DNA from: Hemiscyllium ocellatum
Taxonomy: Eukaryota
Reading direction: 5' to 3'
Assembly: GCF_020745735.1 (NCBI RefSeq)
Contig: NC_083423.1
Location: 37,634,001-37,698,000 of the forward strand
DNA: 64,000 nucleotides
Shown: in pieces, positions 41,437 through 56,400 of the stretch
Numbering within the stretch: the first letter of the stretch is position 1
Layout: the number at the start of each line of letters is the position of its first letter
The notes under the pieces: model-generated
What the model saw: only the letters and a program-made list of their open reading frames with translations
Database searches by the model: none
What the model was told of the DNA's origin: nothing
Program-made: the position numbers and the translations under genes

Positions 41437-44400
41437 CTGAAAGTGAAATTGTTTTAGTTTCAGAAAAATAAAGTACAGTCAACAAAGTATTGGAGCACAG
41501 AAGGAAGCTATAGCAGATCTTGGAAAGAACAACTAAGTTAATCCTTTTCCCTGTAATCCTGCAAATACGTGCCCAGTTGCCATTTGAAACCTTTTAAAAG
41601 TCTGCCCATGCCAAAGTCTTTTGCGATTTACAACATTGCCAAGTTTAATATCAAGACTTAAGTGTAGATCAATAAACAAAAAAAAAATTGTTATAATACA
41701 GATCTCTCGCAATTCCAGTACCTATTTCTCTCTGATGGAAAACAATGTTCACCACATGCTCTGCCACCTATCCTTCAGCCAATTACATACTGAAGTTACT
41801 TATCCCTTTAAACGGCAATGTCTTTGTTTTGAATAAGTCTTATGTTCTACTATATCTCATCTTTCTGAACTCCATAAATATATCCACAGCATTATATTAA
41901 CCAATCCTGTTATTTAGATCAGTCTCGATGTACTTAAATGAATGCTGATGGTGACTCATTAACCCATGTTTCTCGAAGGGTCAATTAATTTTATCATTAA
42001 CCGTGGTCTCTAGTGCTGTCGTACCAAAGACAATGGATTGGCTCTCCAGGAGTTACCAGGTTACTCTTTTTGATTAAGGTGTTACGTTTGCAAGCCTGCA
42101 GTTCTCCACGAGGTCCATATCCAGAGAAGATCAAACAATGGTGAACGGAGTCTCTGCTATTTCCATCTTTGCTTCCCTTAGCAAGATGTGACGCAACCCA
42201 TCTGGATAAGTTGACTTGTTGCCTTGAGTGATATAAATCTTTTCCTCACTTCTTTCTATCTATTGCTATTCTGATCAATATCCATTTCTTTCTCATGTAC
42301 TACGTTAATTTCATCTGGTGTGAAGATAGATCAGTACTTTAGTCATATCCTCTGCCTCCACAAGGTTTCAATTTTTATCCCAGACCACCTCCACTCATCT
42401 TCGATAAATATATATCATTCTGCAGAGTTTTCTACTTACGTGACAGGAAAGAATAGTATGAACTGTTGTTTTGTTATGGGATTGCAGAACTGGACAACTG
42501 CATTCTTTTTCAATATTAATGACCAGATTGGATATGCAGGGCACAATTTCAAAATTTTCAGATAATGTAAATTTTAGAAGAATTGTAAATGGGTATAATG
42601 ATAACCAGGTTGATTAAATGAGCATATATTTAGCAGATGAATTTTAATGTACAGAAGTTTAGAGCTGTACATTTGTGAACAGGAAGAACAAGGAGAGGCA
42701 ACATAAAATGAAAGATATCATTCTAAAGAGGGGTGCAGCATCATGAGGTACAAGATTTTTATTGTCCATAAATTACTGAACCTATTACTTGACAAAAAAA
42801 GTCTGGAAAAAAGTCTTAGGGATAATAGGCTTTTAAAATAGTACAAGGAACAAAAGAACAGTCATAATCATGCTGAACCTTTTATAAAACACTGGCTTAA
42901 ATCTTTTCTGTATCCGAGTTAAGAGAATGCTTCCAGGGAGGAGACAGACTTTAATTTGTGGATAAACTGGCAAAGCTGAAATTGTTCCCCTTATGGATGT
43001 GAAATTTGAGGGGATTGGAGAATGATGTCCAAGATCATGACAAATGTGAGATAGACACTGCAGCTATTAGTGGAAGGGGAAAAAAAAGAAAAAGAAATTT
43101 TATGCAACAAGTAATTAAGATGTAGGATACAAAATTGCAGAGGAGACACATTGAAATCATGGTTTTTGAAAGGAAATTGGATAAGTCCATGAAGAAAGTT
43201 TGCGTCTAATGGGGAAAAAAAAATGAGTGAAACTAGCGGATTTGCTCTTCAAGAGCAAAGATGCAATAGGACAATTGACCTCCTAAAGTTGTAGCCCTGA
43301 TAATTTGTTAAATTAAAAACAGGAGAAGTAGTTTAATAAATTTTGTATATTCTTAGATATCCAAATCTAGAATCTCTGGATTACCATAGTTTCTCTTGAT
43401 GGGAATATTTAGATTTTATTCAAATCAGCTGTCTTAAGCAGCCTAATCACGTTTCCTTTGCCAATTTATTTGCAATCTACCAAATCTATCTCAATGATTA
43501 TCAGGGTATTTTCACTTTTATTTTTGTCATTTTTGTAAGTATTACAGGAAATGCCCTACTAGGATCATTACCTAGATGTTTTCTCACTAAAGACTTATAT
43601 CTAGAGCCACAACTGGTTCTTTCATTACTGAGCTAGAAAAACAATACACTTTCTTAAATAAACTTTAATTCTTCACCCTTCTTTCACATGGTACTTTTTG
43701 GTTACCTGTACCTTGTACTTTGAACATGCATCATCCCTCTAAAACTACAATATCAAGTTGGATTGATGTTCTCAAAAGTTGCCACCTATCATTTATTTGC
43801 TTCTCTATTCCACTTCACAGTATCCAAGAAAGTTTAGTTCCAGGTTTAAGTCAGATCTCCATCCCAACTAGTATAAACATAGCACAATGTGGCAACTTCA
43901 GCTTGTAAAATCAATCCTTACTTACGTGCACTCACATGAACAAGCACTGTGACATCATGCTAGTGTATTACTTTTATGCAAATTTATTCTCATTCTACAG
44001 TATTTCTTAGTTTACTGTCATTTGCCCCTTCAATTCCATTTTGCACCTCATCTCTACAGTTGTTTCCTTGTGTCCCTCATCTTGCAAAATTCATTTAAAT
44101 TCTGCCTTTTCACATGATTTGGTCCTAGCCAAAAACGTCTCAAATTGTACAAGACCTGTCTGCACCAAGAATTCCTTTCCTCTGCTTTCTCCAATTATAC
44201 ATTCAACTAAGTTTCCTCCCGGTTCTGTACTCACTAACATTCACATGAATTCCAAGGCATGCTATCTCTGATATGCTGTTCTTTAATTTTTTTTTCAGTC
44301 TCCTAAAGCACCATAAAAAGAACCTTAACACTTCAGAAGGTTGTGCCACTAGAAATTGGAGTCCATATTGGAACCAGTGAGAAAGCAGCTAGCATTTCAG

Positions 44401-47400
44401 GTGTGGACCACAAAAAGTTGGAGAGGTAACTCACTTTAAAACTTCATTAAATCCACAAATCAGCAAGTTTAAATATAGGCACAAATAGAATGGTGTTTCC
44501 TGGGCTTTGAAACTCAACCATAGTCAGATACCCCTAGAATATTAAGTTCACAGTTGCTGAAACAAGCTAACCAACATGAAAATAACTTACCGGCTCAGGA
44601 GCCTTCATTGGTGCAACTCTATTTATTTCAGGAGTATTTGAGAGATCAATAAGTGGACGGTCTTGATTTTGCTTATTTTTTGTACCAGCTTCAACAGTGA
44701 AATTCTAAAAGAAAACAAGTTAACATGGATGAAAAAAAAAGGGCGTATAATAATGGTTTTATTCAAGGAGTTACAAAAATATTTTTCCATTAAGCAACAT
44801 TGCCAACTAGATAAATGCATGTAAAAATTTAAAATATTATTAGCTAATTCAAAAAATGGAAAATACATTATCCAAAGATATTTAAAACATTTAACCTCAT
44901 GCTTTTCCCAATAAGTAGACTGTAAACCTGTTTATGGTAGAAGCTATGTCACCTTCAAGGTAAACTCAAAAAGAAGAAACAAGTGAATGAATACGAGACG
45001 CTAGTGTATTATGTTGTGTTGTGTGACTGGCAAGAAACCAGTGCCCGTTAGGTTGACTTACTGAATGAAATAAACGCATGGAGCTTGCAAGCCACCATTT
45101 ACTTGTGCACAATACACTAGCTGTGGCTAACCAGATTGGAGGAATCAGTTGCCTTATTGGAAGTGATTCTTATGAGCCAGGTCTTCCCATATTGGCCCAG
45201 ATTAACAACTCCAATCAAAAGCCTCAGTTAGGGAGATCAATCGGGGCGGCACGGTGGCACAGTGGTTAGCACTGCTGCCTCACAGCGCCAGAGACCCGGG
45301 TTCAATTCCCGACTCAGGCGACTGACTGTGTGGAGTTTGCATGTTCTCCCCGTGTCTGCGTGGGTTTCCTCCGGGTGCTCCGGTTTCCTCCCACAGTCAC
45401 AAAGATGTGCGGGTCAGGTGAATTGGCCATGCTAAATTGCCCATAGTGTTAGGTAGGGGTAAATATAGGGGTATGGGTGGGTTTCGCTTCGGCGGGTCGG
45501 TGTGGACTTGTTGGGCCGAAGGGCCTGTTTCCACACTAAGTCTAATCTAATCTAAAAAAAAAATCTAACCCGGTTCCTATCACTATACTGCAGATATTCA
45601 GCAAAGTACCTCACTAAAAAGGCTAAAATGTATGATAAGAGGTTAGAGATGGTATATTGGCATAGATAGAGAATTAACTACAGTTTAAAAAAAAAGTTCT
45701 TTTTCAGGTTGGCAACCTGTGAGCAGTGGGGCTCCACAAGGATCTGTGCTGGAATTATAACTATTATTGACTGGGAGGCAGCGAGCAAGTGTACTGTTAC
45801 TAAACTTGCAGACAAGAACAGGTAGAAAGGCAGGTGGTGAGGCAGATACAAAACAGTTGAGGGCGAGGTTAAGTGAATGGGCAAAAATTTGGCAAATGGA
45901 GCATAATGTGGCAAACTGTATATTTTGGAATAGAGAACAATTACAACAATCTTGAGGATACTTATGCACAAAACTAAGCTAGCTCAAGTAGCACAGCAGG
46001 TAATCAAGAAGGCCTTTATTTCAAGGACATTGGAGTAGAAGAGTACCGAAGACTTACTGCAATTATACGAGGTGCTGATGAAACCTCATTTAGCGTAGTG
46101 TATGCAGTTTTGGTCCCACTTATCTATGTTACTTCATTGGAGGCAGTTTAGAGAAGGTTCATAAGAATGATCCATGGTTTGGACAGTATGAGTAAGGATT
46201 AAACATGCTGAGAGTCTTCTGCTTGGAATCAAGGAATGAGAGGCAATCTCAGTGAAACATATTAGAATTAAGGGTTTGAAAGGGTAAATTCTGAAAGGAT
46301 GCTTCCCCTTATGGGGAGTCTGAGAATTAACGAGCGCCAATTTAAGAGAGAGATGAAAGGAAGAATTTCTTGAGTGTTGCATGTGCTTGGAACTTTGATG
46401 ACAGCACAAAACAAAGAACTTAAGATAACTGCAATATTTGCTATTGCCTATGGTCCAAGAACCCAACTAACTAATCATGGATCTACGTTAACACCTCATT
46501 ATTCAAGAGCACTCAAAGGATTCAATTGTATATTTATCAGCATTTTGTACTGAACAGTTAACTGTGGTGTCCACTCCCTGTATTTATTGTACATTCCTAC
46601 CTCCTTGCTTTGAGGCTCAGATGTGTGCTTTAAAGCTTCTTCTAGTGGTTTATCAGGAGAGAAATCTAGAACGCAAGGAACCATGGATGGAGGCATATCC
46701 TCTTCAGAAGAGTCAGATGAGCAAAGACCCTCTGGCTTTTTCGACATCTGTTCACTACCAAGGCAAAATAGTTAATGCCAATAGGCTGTAAAACGACTTG
46801 TGAACATTGAATTTGTACCCTATCCTGAGCCATAATTCATAACAGCTGAAAGCATGCACTTAGTCACTAGGTGATTAGCAACAAACATCCAAAGTCAAGA
46901 CTTATTTTATAAGACTTTTGAAGTCAGAAAGCTTGTTGTATTGCTTAAGGAGTGTTAGAGAAATTAAATTACTGTACTTATACATTACAAAACAAAAACA
47001 TTTATATTCAAAGTGTATTACAATGTGGCAGAACTGATCTTTGTGAAATAATTATGTTCATATAAAATTGCACTATTAACTTAGTAATGGAGGGAATTTA
47101 GTCCTTCACCAATACCCATTAAAGAAAAATTTGATGTGTTCTTGGAAAGTTTGAGGTACTTCCCCCCCATTAATTAAATTATGCTTGAATTTTCTAAGAT
47201 TCGCAAACTTTTTTTTTAAAATAACTGAAATTTTTTAAGCAATGGATGAATTATCTGAATTTTTCTAAAATTTAAGCTCAAATAAAATCTTCCCCTCTCA
47301 CCTTGTTAGAATGATGTCACTGGCTGACATACTGCGGTTTCGTGTAGTTGTGGCTTTGTGAGATGACAGAGGTCTTGGTTGTGTTCGTGGAGTGAACGTT

Positions 47401-50400
47401 GGAATACCTGACCTACGGCGATTTAATGGTGTGGGTAAAGCAGATAAACGTTTTGTTGCAGATGTTACGGATGCCAGCTTGTTTGAGATAGGTGTTTGTA
47501 GCATTCCTCGAATAGGTGGTTTATTTGGAGTACAAAACTCTGTACCACTGCGAGATTAAAGCAATATTAGTAGCTTTAAACAAAAAGATATATCTTAGAA
47601 AGATTAATTGTATGTTTGGATAAAAACATTTCTATAACCTTACTTCAAGACTTTGAAATATAGGATGAAACAGCCACACTGTGCATTATCAAGAGATCAT
47701 CAGAAGAGCTTACTGTAAAAATGTGGTTAGACTTAGAGTTTAAGTTTAAGTAGAGTCTTTAAATAGGATAAGAGAGATACTGAGGTTCAGGCACAAGATT
47801 TAGCAGCTTAAGGTTCAAGTCCAGTTGCTGAGACAAATGGGAGTATGAGGCAGAATCTACTGTTTGCCAAAAGTGGTGAGAAGGAAGAGTGTGGGATGGG
47901 AAGAGGAAGAGACTGAGAAAAACAAGGGTAATAGCACTAAAATGAAAAAGCAAGTGTTGAAAACAAGGCAAATGACTGAAAATAAAACTCAGCAAAAAAA
48001 AAGGATCAGCACCGCTTGGCATATAAAACGTAGTGTTATAGATATCTTAGGTAGTGAATGACAAACAATGTTGAAGTAGAATGTAACAGGTCATTAGATA
48101 TAGGAATGGAAAACAATTTAGCAGCTGAGCTAAGGTAAGAGTGCAAACCCTGACAAATTCACTTGGAGATGATGCAGAAGCTTCAAAAGGACAGCAGGGG
48201 TTGAATGTGGGCATTTTTAAGAGGATGGTGTTGACTGTTTTGAAAGCTAGTATCAAATGGTGTAGAAGTGATTTTCAATGGCAACTTTCAGAGGACAGGA
48301 AATAAAATAAGGCCTAATGAAAAATAAGGTCAAATGTAAGTCAGGTTGGAGCAGGGGGTTTTTGTTCTCCTTGTACAGAGATGGAGACCTAATGCAATAC
48401 AGCAAATCAATGGCAACCCAAAAGCATGTTTCCAAGGGCAACACCCACATTCCGAGTGTAGATTGAAAATAGCATATTGATGGAGAAAAGGAATGCCATA
48501 TGCGGAAATTAGACGATTCCCCTCCCACTCAACACAGTAGTAAAATAAAAACTAAAAAGATGGAAAATTAATGGTCAAAGGTTCAACTAAAATTTTAAAT
48601 TGCAGCTACAAGTGATTTGGATAAATTCCTCTTTTCCCATCCTCATCCCAGTGAATGCAGGAGGAAGTGGGAGGAATAGTTTATGGAACGTATGCAGCTG
48701 TTCAGCAGTACATGATAACCTGGTCAGCGATAGATGTATACAGACGTGAGAGGCTACCAAAGACATGAGGACAGAGTTCAAACTATTATGCTTTTACTAG
48801 TTATTTGAACCACTATTAGAAAAGGGGCACAAAGCAATTTTTGGGCACCGTTTACCATTGAGGAATATGTTCACGTACCAGTTTTGTTCATTTAAGACTA
48901 CTTTATTAAGAAAGGGTTGTAAAGCCGATAGAGGGGTAATTGGCTCAAAGGAAAATGGTAACAAAAAAAAAGGAAAGCTTGATTGCTTTCCAAGAAATTG
49001 ATGCTGAAAAGCATGAACATGTGCAATACCACTGCAGCAATCACTCAATAGTGCTCGCCAAAAGATTGTATTTAATAAGTTTTTTTTAAAATAGTTGGAC
49101 AGGGTGGAACATCTACAACTATATAGACTGATAATATCCTGTTTTGACACTCTACTGTAATTAGCAAATTCTGGTTACCTCTCAACTGCACTGCAGGACA
49201 ACAGCTTCCTTGGTTGTGTTGCTTTTGACCTTGCTGTTCCAGGTGAAGGTGCTTAAATCACAGTTAATAAAGATGATTAATCTTTCCAAAACATGTCAAA
49301 TAATCCCTTTTGTACCAGAGATAAAATGAAATATTATTGAATAACCACTGTTGGATAGAGGAGAAATGGTACACTGAGAATGATAAAATCCCTACAATGC
49401 AAATGAAGGCCATGAGGCCCAACCAGTCTGCACCAATCCTCCAAAGAGCATGCCACCCAGACCCAGCTTTCCCATCCTATCCTCGAAACACCAAATATAC
49501 CAGAGCTACCTCACCTACACATTCCCTTACACTACTGGCAATTTAGCATGGCCAATTCACCTAATCTGCGCATCTTTGGATTGTGGGAGGAAACCCGAAT
49601 ACCTGGCAGAATAGATCCACAGGATCCCTACACTGTGGAAACAGGCCCTTCGGCCCAAGAAGTCCACACTGACTGTCTGGAGTTATCCACTTAGACCTAT
49701 TCCTCTACCCTCCTATCCTACATTTACCCTTGAATAATGCACATCGCCTACCTAACTTGTCCATCTTTGGATTGTGGGAGGAAACCCATGCAGACAAAGG
49801 GAGAAAGTGCAAACTTCACACAGATAGTCACCTGAGGTTGGAATCAAACCAGCCTCTGGCACTGTGAGGCAGCAGTGCTAACCACTGAGCCACCGTGCCA
49901 CCCCAATTGGCAGAAACCCATACAGATACTGGGAGAACACGCAAACTCCAAACAGACAGTCCCAAGACTGGAATTAAACTTGGTTTCCTGGTGCTGTGAG
50001 GCAGCAGTGCTAAGTCACTGAGCCACTGTGCAACCCAAAATAACCCTACTTTGGTTTCTAAACATCAACTTAATCCACCATTTCCACTTCAATATGTTAA
50101 TCTAGATTAGAGCACAGTTGTCTGCTCTATACAGTCCAGTTCTGCACAACCTAACTGGCTTTTAACTGCCAATGTCGTCACCTTGCTAAACCTCTCCATT
50201 TTAAGAAGCTCCTTAAAATGATATTCTTGGTCAAACGTTTAGTGACCTGTCCTAATGTGGTCCTATATGGCATAGTGTCAGACTCTGATTGTTAATTGCT
50301 CCTGAGATATATTAGAACTTGATTACCACCATTCCTTCATTGTCAATGGATCTAATTCCTGGAATGGCCTCTTACAGAGCTGTGGGCGTTCCAACTCAGC

Positions 50401-53400
50401 ACTACTGGAATGACTCAAGGAGGCTCACCAGCACCTTAAGGGGAATTAGAAATAGGAAATATTGCTGGCCCAGTCAGTAATGCCCACATCTGGAGAATTA
50501 TTATTATTCTGGGCACCACTCAGGCATATCGGGGAAGAAAACCTACAACTGCTGATGGTTAACTTTGCAAATTTTTCAGTGATACACAAAAGGGTAGACA
50601 GGAAAATCCGGTACCTGGACTGGAGGCTGCACACCTTTTTAAATGGATGCATTTTACTTTGTAAGATAAAAGGTCCAGTACCAGCAAACATTTCCTTTTC
50701 AAAACAAAAAAAAACAAACAAACAAAACTGTGGGTGCTGAAAATCTGAAACGAAACCAGAAATGGCTAGAGAAATGTAGGTTTGGCAGCATCGGAGGAGA
50801 TCTCTTGAAACCAAAATGTAAACAAGTCCTCTCATTTAGATGTTGTACACTAATAGTGTAACCTTGAATTTAACTGTACAAATCTACTTCCCTCCTATTG
50901 TAATGTAAAAATGGAACATAATTGTTAATCTTTACTGGAAAGATGCAATTGAATGCTAAAGGAACAGTTAAGAGAACCAGGCAAAATAGAATAGTTCTCT
51001 CAAAATAGAGTAGTGATCAATTATAACCCCACACCCACCATTTGAACTTTTCCATTGTAGATAACACAAAATAATTTGAATATCAATAAATGATAATCAT
51101 TTCATATTCTTGATAGTTCAATTGGCAATTAGTAGGCCCAAGTTCCATGAAAATTTACAAAAGAAAAAACCCTAGACCCACGTTTAAGTTGTGAAATACT
51201 AATACTTACCGCTGGATCTTTTCACAGCTTGGCTATTAACAGAAGCTTTGGTCTTTGGGCACCGATCTCTCCCTAGTGTATTTACTGTTTGGTTTGACTT
51301 GACTTTAGTATCAACATTTGTGTCAGTTGAGCTAATTCTTTGTAAACCTTTATTAGGAAGACTCTGCATCCCTGTTCCTTTCTGACTCATCATTCCAGGA
51401 GCAGTTACTTTACAAGTATTTGCTGGTGTTAGTGATTTTCTTGGAACATCTGTTGAGCACCTAGAACTAGATGACTTGGTCTTTGGGCTGGCAATTCTGC
51501 TGCTGTTTTTCAAGGTTTGTAGGTTTGATGCATTTGAGCGCATGGTTAGGGGCACTGTTGAAAGATAAAATCAAAATATTTAAAACAAAGAAAACTAGTT
51601 TATCTTGATTTGAAAGCAAGATTATGTTCAGCAAATAATAATGCCAAAGCAGAATTTCAGATGCACTTAACCAAAAAAGGCCTTTATGTTCGTACTAGAT
51701 GCTGCATTTTAAATAGTGTCATTTTACAAACATAACTACGTCTGCTATTTCAGCTCTCTAACTCCAGATTGAAATTTAGATGATCAAGGAACTATGGTTG
51801 GACCTAAAGTGAGTTTCAACTGTACATTACAGAAGGACATGCATTTTGGTGTAAATTGCACTTTCAACTCAAAAAACTTTTCAACTCAGTTTCATTTGTA
51901 CCATACCAGCTTTCTGAAATATATTGCTATAATTAGCAACTTCCAGCACAAAAGGGGGCCATTCAATTCACCAGTTCCACATCTGGAAACAAGAAGCCAT
52001 ACAATTTAATTATGCTTTCCATCTCTTGGTCTGTGTAACTGCTAATCAGAGTTGTAATTCAATGCTAGTACTCCTGCTCAAAAATGTGAAGGAATTGACC
52101 ATGGTCTCGAGCACCTGACCAATCCAAAGCACTTTTGGAAATGGTGAGAATTGCAAGTCAAAAATTGAATTCCCATTGTAAACACAAGAGTGGCAAAGAC
52201 GTATTTTGAGTGCAGGATAACATGAACATATTCCAGTTCAGGACAAAGCTAGTGAAAATCATTGAGAAAGAGTATATTTAGGATGTTGAGTAGGTCCTAT
52301 TTCCTTGAATGGGATAATGTGGCATTTCATGGAAGTAAACAAGGCTCCTCAATTTCATTGCTCAACGAGAGAGAAAGTGGCATATACTTAAAAAGTATCA
52401 GACATGAAAACCAAAAGTCATATGCCACAATATGAGTTACAAAATATTAAGATTTAAAGTCTGACTTGCCTCTGCCACCACTATTGGAATTGTGGAGATG
52501 AGAATGAAGACCGGACGACAAAGAGGTACGGTTGAGAGTCCTTGCTGCAGAACCAGTACGATGCTTGGTCATCGAATTTGAAGTTTTAAACCCAGATACA
52601 TTTGGTTCACTGACCTATAAGGAAATCAAAAAAAAGTTTCTTTTTCAAATTCTAACAGCACAACAAAAGATGCCTAAAGCATTTGTTCAAAATTTCACAT
52701 ATTTCTGCTGATCTGCTTAATCTCCTTAAAAGCCTGTACAACACCCACATGTGAAGTTCAATAAGATAACTGCAGGTGATATATATTGAGGTTGAGAGAT
52801 CTAGCAGGCCAGGTAATATTAGCAAGGTGCAAGTCTAGTTGGAGGACAGGGACAAAGCAGTGTTACAGCACAAAATCAATAAATCACTAAAAATTGCATC
52901 ACTGTTTTGAAGGCCATAACACTATAGTAGTAGGAAGGCTCATTTGTTAGAGGGATAGAATGGAAAGAGATATTGTGCTAAAATGTGAATCATTTACACA
53001 CAGTTTACACACATGCAGGATATTAGGAAAGGAAATGGGGTCAATACAGAGTATTATGGAGATTTACAGATGATACTAGAAATACATGGATATATAGAAG
53101 AGGAATAGATTAACAGGCTGGATCTCTAAAGAGAACATAGGGATGATATAGTTGATCTTTTAAAAAATATTTTGATACAGAGAATTAATGTTTTGTTTTG
53201 TGGAAACAGCATAACTGGAGGCCATCAATACAAGGGAGAGTCACAAAAGAAATCTACTTCAATAACATTTCTTCTGCATTCCTGAAGAGTGGCAAATGGT
53301 GAGGATTTTCTACCACAGGCGGGAGCATTTGAAGTATAATAGTTTAATTTAAATAAGGAAACTGGATAAACAAGGGAAAAAAAAGTGAAAAATAATAGAT

Positions 53401-56400
53401 TTAGTTGGGAAAAAAAAATGGTTCTCGTGGACCACTGACTTCTAATTCAAAACTGTTCATCATTTTTATGCTAACATTTCCTCTGGAAAACAAAAATATT
53501 TCCCAGGGCTTTCAACCATTTCTAGACTGTTTAATATTCTTCACAACTATAATGCAAATACATGCCCTCCATAGTTTAGAAACTATCACTCTGGCACAAT
53601 ATTACTATAACACCTAAAGCTACAAGAATTTATTATTTTGTTAGCATAACTAAATGCAGTTTTAATTGACAAGTTAACTGTTTGGTTCCATTTAGTTTCA
53701 GACAGACAGTTTGGCTGATTTGTCATAGCATTGCCCTGAGCAATGAACCCACAAATGGCTGTCACCTATTATTTTACGGATTAGAAACAGAGGCAGAGAG
53801 TTCTTTCTACCTGCAAAGAACACGGCCCTGTTTATTAATATTGATTTTCCAGGGGGTCTTCACTGCTCCTCAGAGATATGGGTGTAGTGCAGCTTACGGC
53901 ACTCTTGGCCCTTCTGACGTTATTTCAGGGTTTTGCCAGAGTAAGGAAAAAAAAGTCCAACTTTATCTGTTATCACTCTTGATCTTCACAATAGCAGGGA
54001 ATGGAAAATTCACAGCCATTCTGACTCACCTAATAACTAAAAAAGGTCATAGACTTAAGATTTTAAATTCATCCAGGCTATCTCCTTACAGTAGCAATTC
54101 AACTCTGAAAATTCAAACTCAACTTCACCTCATGCAACGTATTCAATGGCTGCCATGAAGAAAAAAGTGAAACACTACAGCAGAAGCTACATGACTACAT
54201 TAAGGCAGCCAGTATACTATGAACAAACAGTTCTCCAAACCAGATTAAAAATTTTGAATGTTCCTAACTATCGAAGCTATAAAATTAAAATAAATACAGT
54301 TCACTCATACACATTACAAATCAAAATAAAAATACTATTTTTCAAATCAACCATAAATTTCATCGGTATTGAAATTAGGAGAGTGCCACCTTTGGATCTG
54401 TACATCAACTATTTCAGGTAATTGGCTAGAGCAAGTCATTTTATAAAAAGTCTATTTTTTAAACATGAAGACCACTGATTGAACTAACTTTCCATATAGA
54501 TGGATTTATATTCATTATATGGAGTATTCTTTCTTAGTTGAGGTTGCATTCCTGAAAACCACAAATAAAGCATTGATGGAATCAATATTGAAACTGGATT
54601 AAGTTTCATCGAACCACCTTAAACAAAATCATTATTCTTGCACCTAAGATGAAATACAGTATATGTACTTTAAATTCTAACCAAAAGTTTGACAAGTAAT
54701 AAAAAGGAAACAATATTCTACTTACAGTATCTCACTTTTGTGGACTATCCAAGTAGAACATAAGGAGGAAAAAAATTAGGAAGAAAGATTTGGTACTGCT
54801 CAGCAGCTGTGCTCATCGACCAAGTGGTATATATATGTGCAAAAACAACATGGACACAAATTCCAGCACAATTTGTTCTCGAATAACTGACTCTAGCTGT
54901 TATCCCATACCTGGTGTGCAGCCAGTGATCCATCCTTACGGCCAAGAGCATTAGAATGGGGAGGAGAATCACACTCATTGGAAGTATTAGCAACAGCATC
55001 TGGGAGGTTGCCCAATGAAGTATTGTTCAATTGTTTCATTCCGCAGATTGTCAACCTAGTTCCTGACTTAGGCTGGATGAGGATAGAAATATAAAAATCA
55101 GTATAATTTTTTTTAAAAATTCCTTGGCGGGATGTGGGCAATACTTACTATGTAAACATTTATTGCCCAGACAGTAGTTAAGAAGTACACTGTAGTGATT
55201 CTGGAGTCATATGCCAGAACAGGCAAGGATAGTAAATTTTCTTCTTTGAAGGACATTAGGTAAGTTTACACAAATATCAACATTGATTACATGGTCACCA
55301 TTATAGGCCCTACCAGCTCTTTCTCCTAGTTTTATTAAAGTTATATTTCACCATCTGCTTTGGTGAGATTGAACCCCTGTCTTCAGAATACTTGCTTGCA
55401 TTTCTAGATTGCTGGTCCAGTGACATTACCACAACACCTCCCTCCCTGACCAAATCAGTACTACTGGATTTTACATTTTATAAAGATTCAAGGTCAATGC
55501 ATCGATCTTGTAAGCAAAATAAAGAAATATTTACTGTAGTATTGGCATTCCTAGCTTGCAAATCCTTTCCCAACAAAAGCTAAAGAAATAGATGGCGCAA
55601 CAGCCATTTTGCACGGGGGGGGGAAGAAAGAAAAAGGGAAAGACAAAAAACAAAAGAAAAGGCAAGAAAAGGAAAGAAGCAGATTTTTTAAAAAAAACAC
55701 CAGGACTTCCCAAAAAAGTAGTGTATAGGGGGGCATCAAGTCAAGTGGTACACTGAAGTTTTGGTGATACCTAGGCAGGAATGACAGAGTCCCCTCATCC
55801 TGCTCACATGGGCTTTCCTCAAACTCCACAACTCACTCAGGGGTCATGATAATTTTAAGCCTCAAAAACAGGGTCATAGCCCATGCATAAAGAGACAAAG
55901 TCAGTTGTATTTTATATGATTGTGCAAAACATGACAATAGTTGGATGTTTAGAAGTGGTCCAGTGGATAAAGCTCATTCAGCATGCAATCCTATAGCAAC
56001 TGAAAGCATTGAAAAAAAAAATGTATTTGTATCGTTTACGAATAACAGCAATAACAGACTTGGACTCAAAAGTCCAATTAGAAAACTAAACCTTTCAAAG
56101 GAAAGCAAAGTATCATCAACCCACATAATCATCCAAATACTCAAACCAACAATCACAAAATGAATTACTTTTCTCCAAGGATCTTTAACTTCTAGGGAAG
56201 TGCAAGCAACATTTACAATATACCAAATGTTTGGATAAATATGTCCAAATAAGTGTTCTTCTACATTGGGTGAACAAAGAGTGGAATTTGTCTTAGAGGA
56301 TTTCTAGTGCCTATGTACAAATTCATTTACACAGATATTTCTTTTACCCAACTAAGGTCATACGTAGTATCGCAGAAGATAATAGTGGCAGTACTACAGA

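Noticed and set aside
45243-45320. tRNA-like sequences at SINE heads
   Set aside because: They run into the V-domain and LINE-derived tail, so they are SINE heads and not tRNA genes
53682-54158. 158-aa plus-strand ORF in a GTSE1 intron
   Set aside because: Non-ATG start, no recognisable motifs, composition typical of a chance ORF
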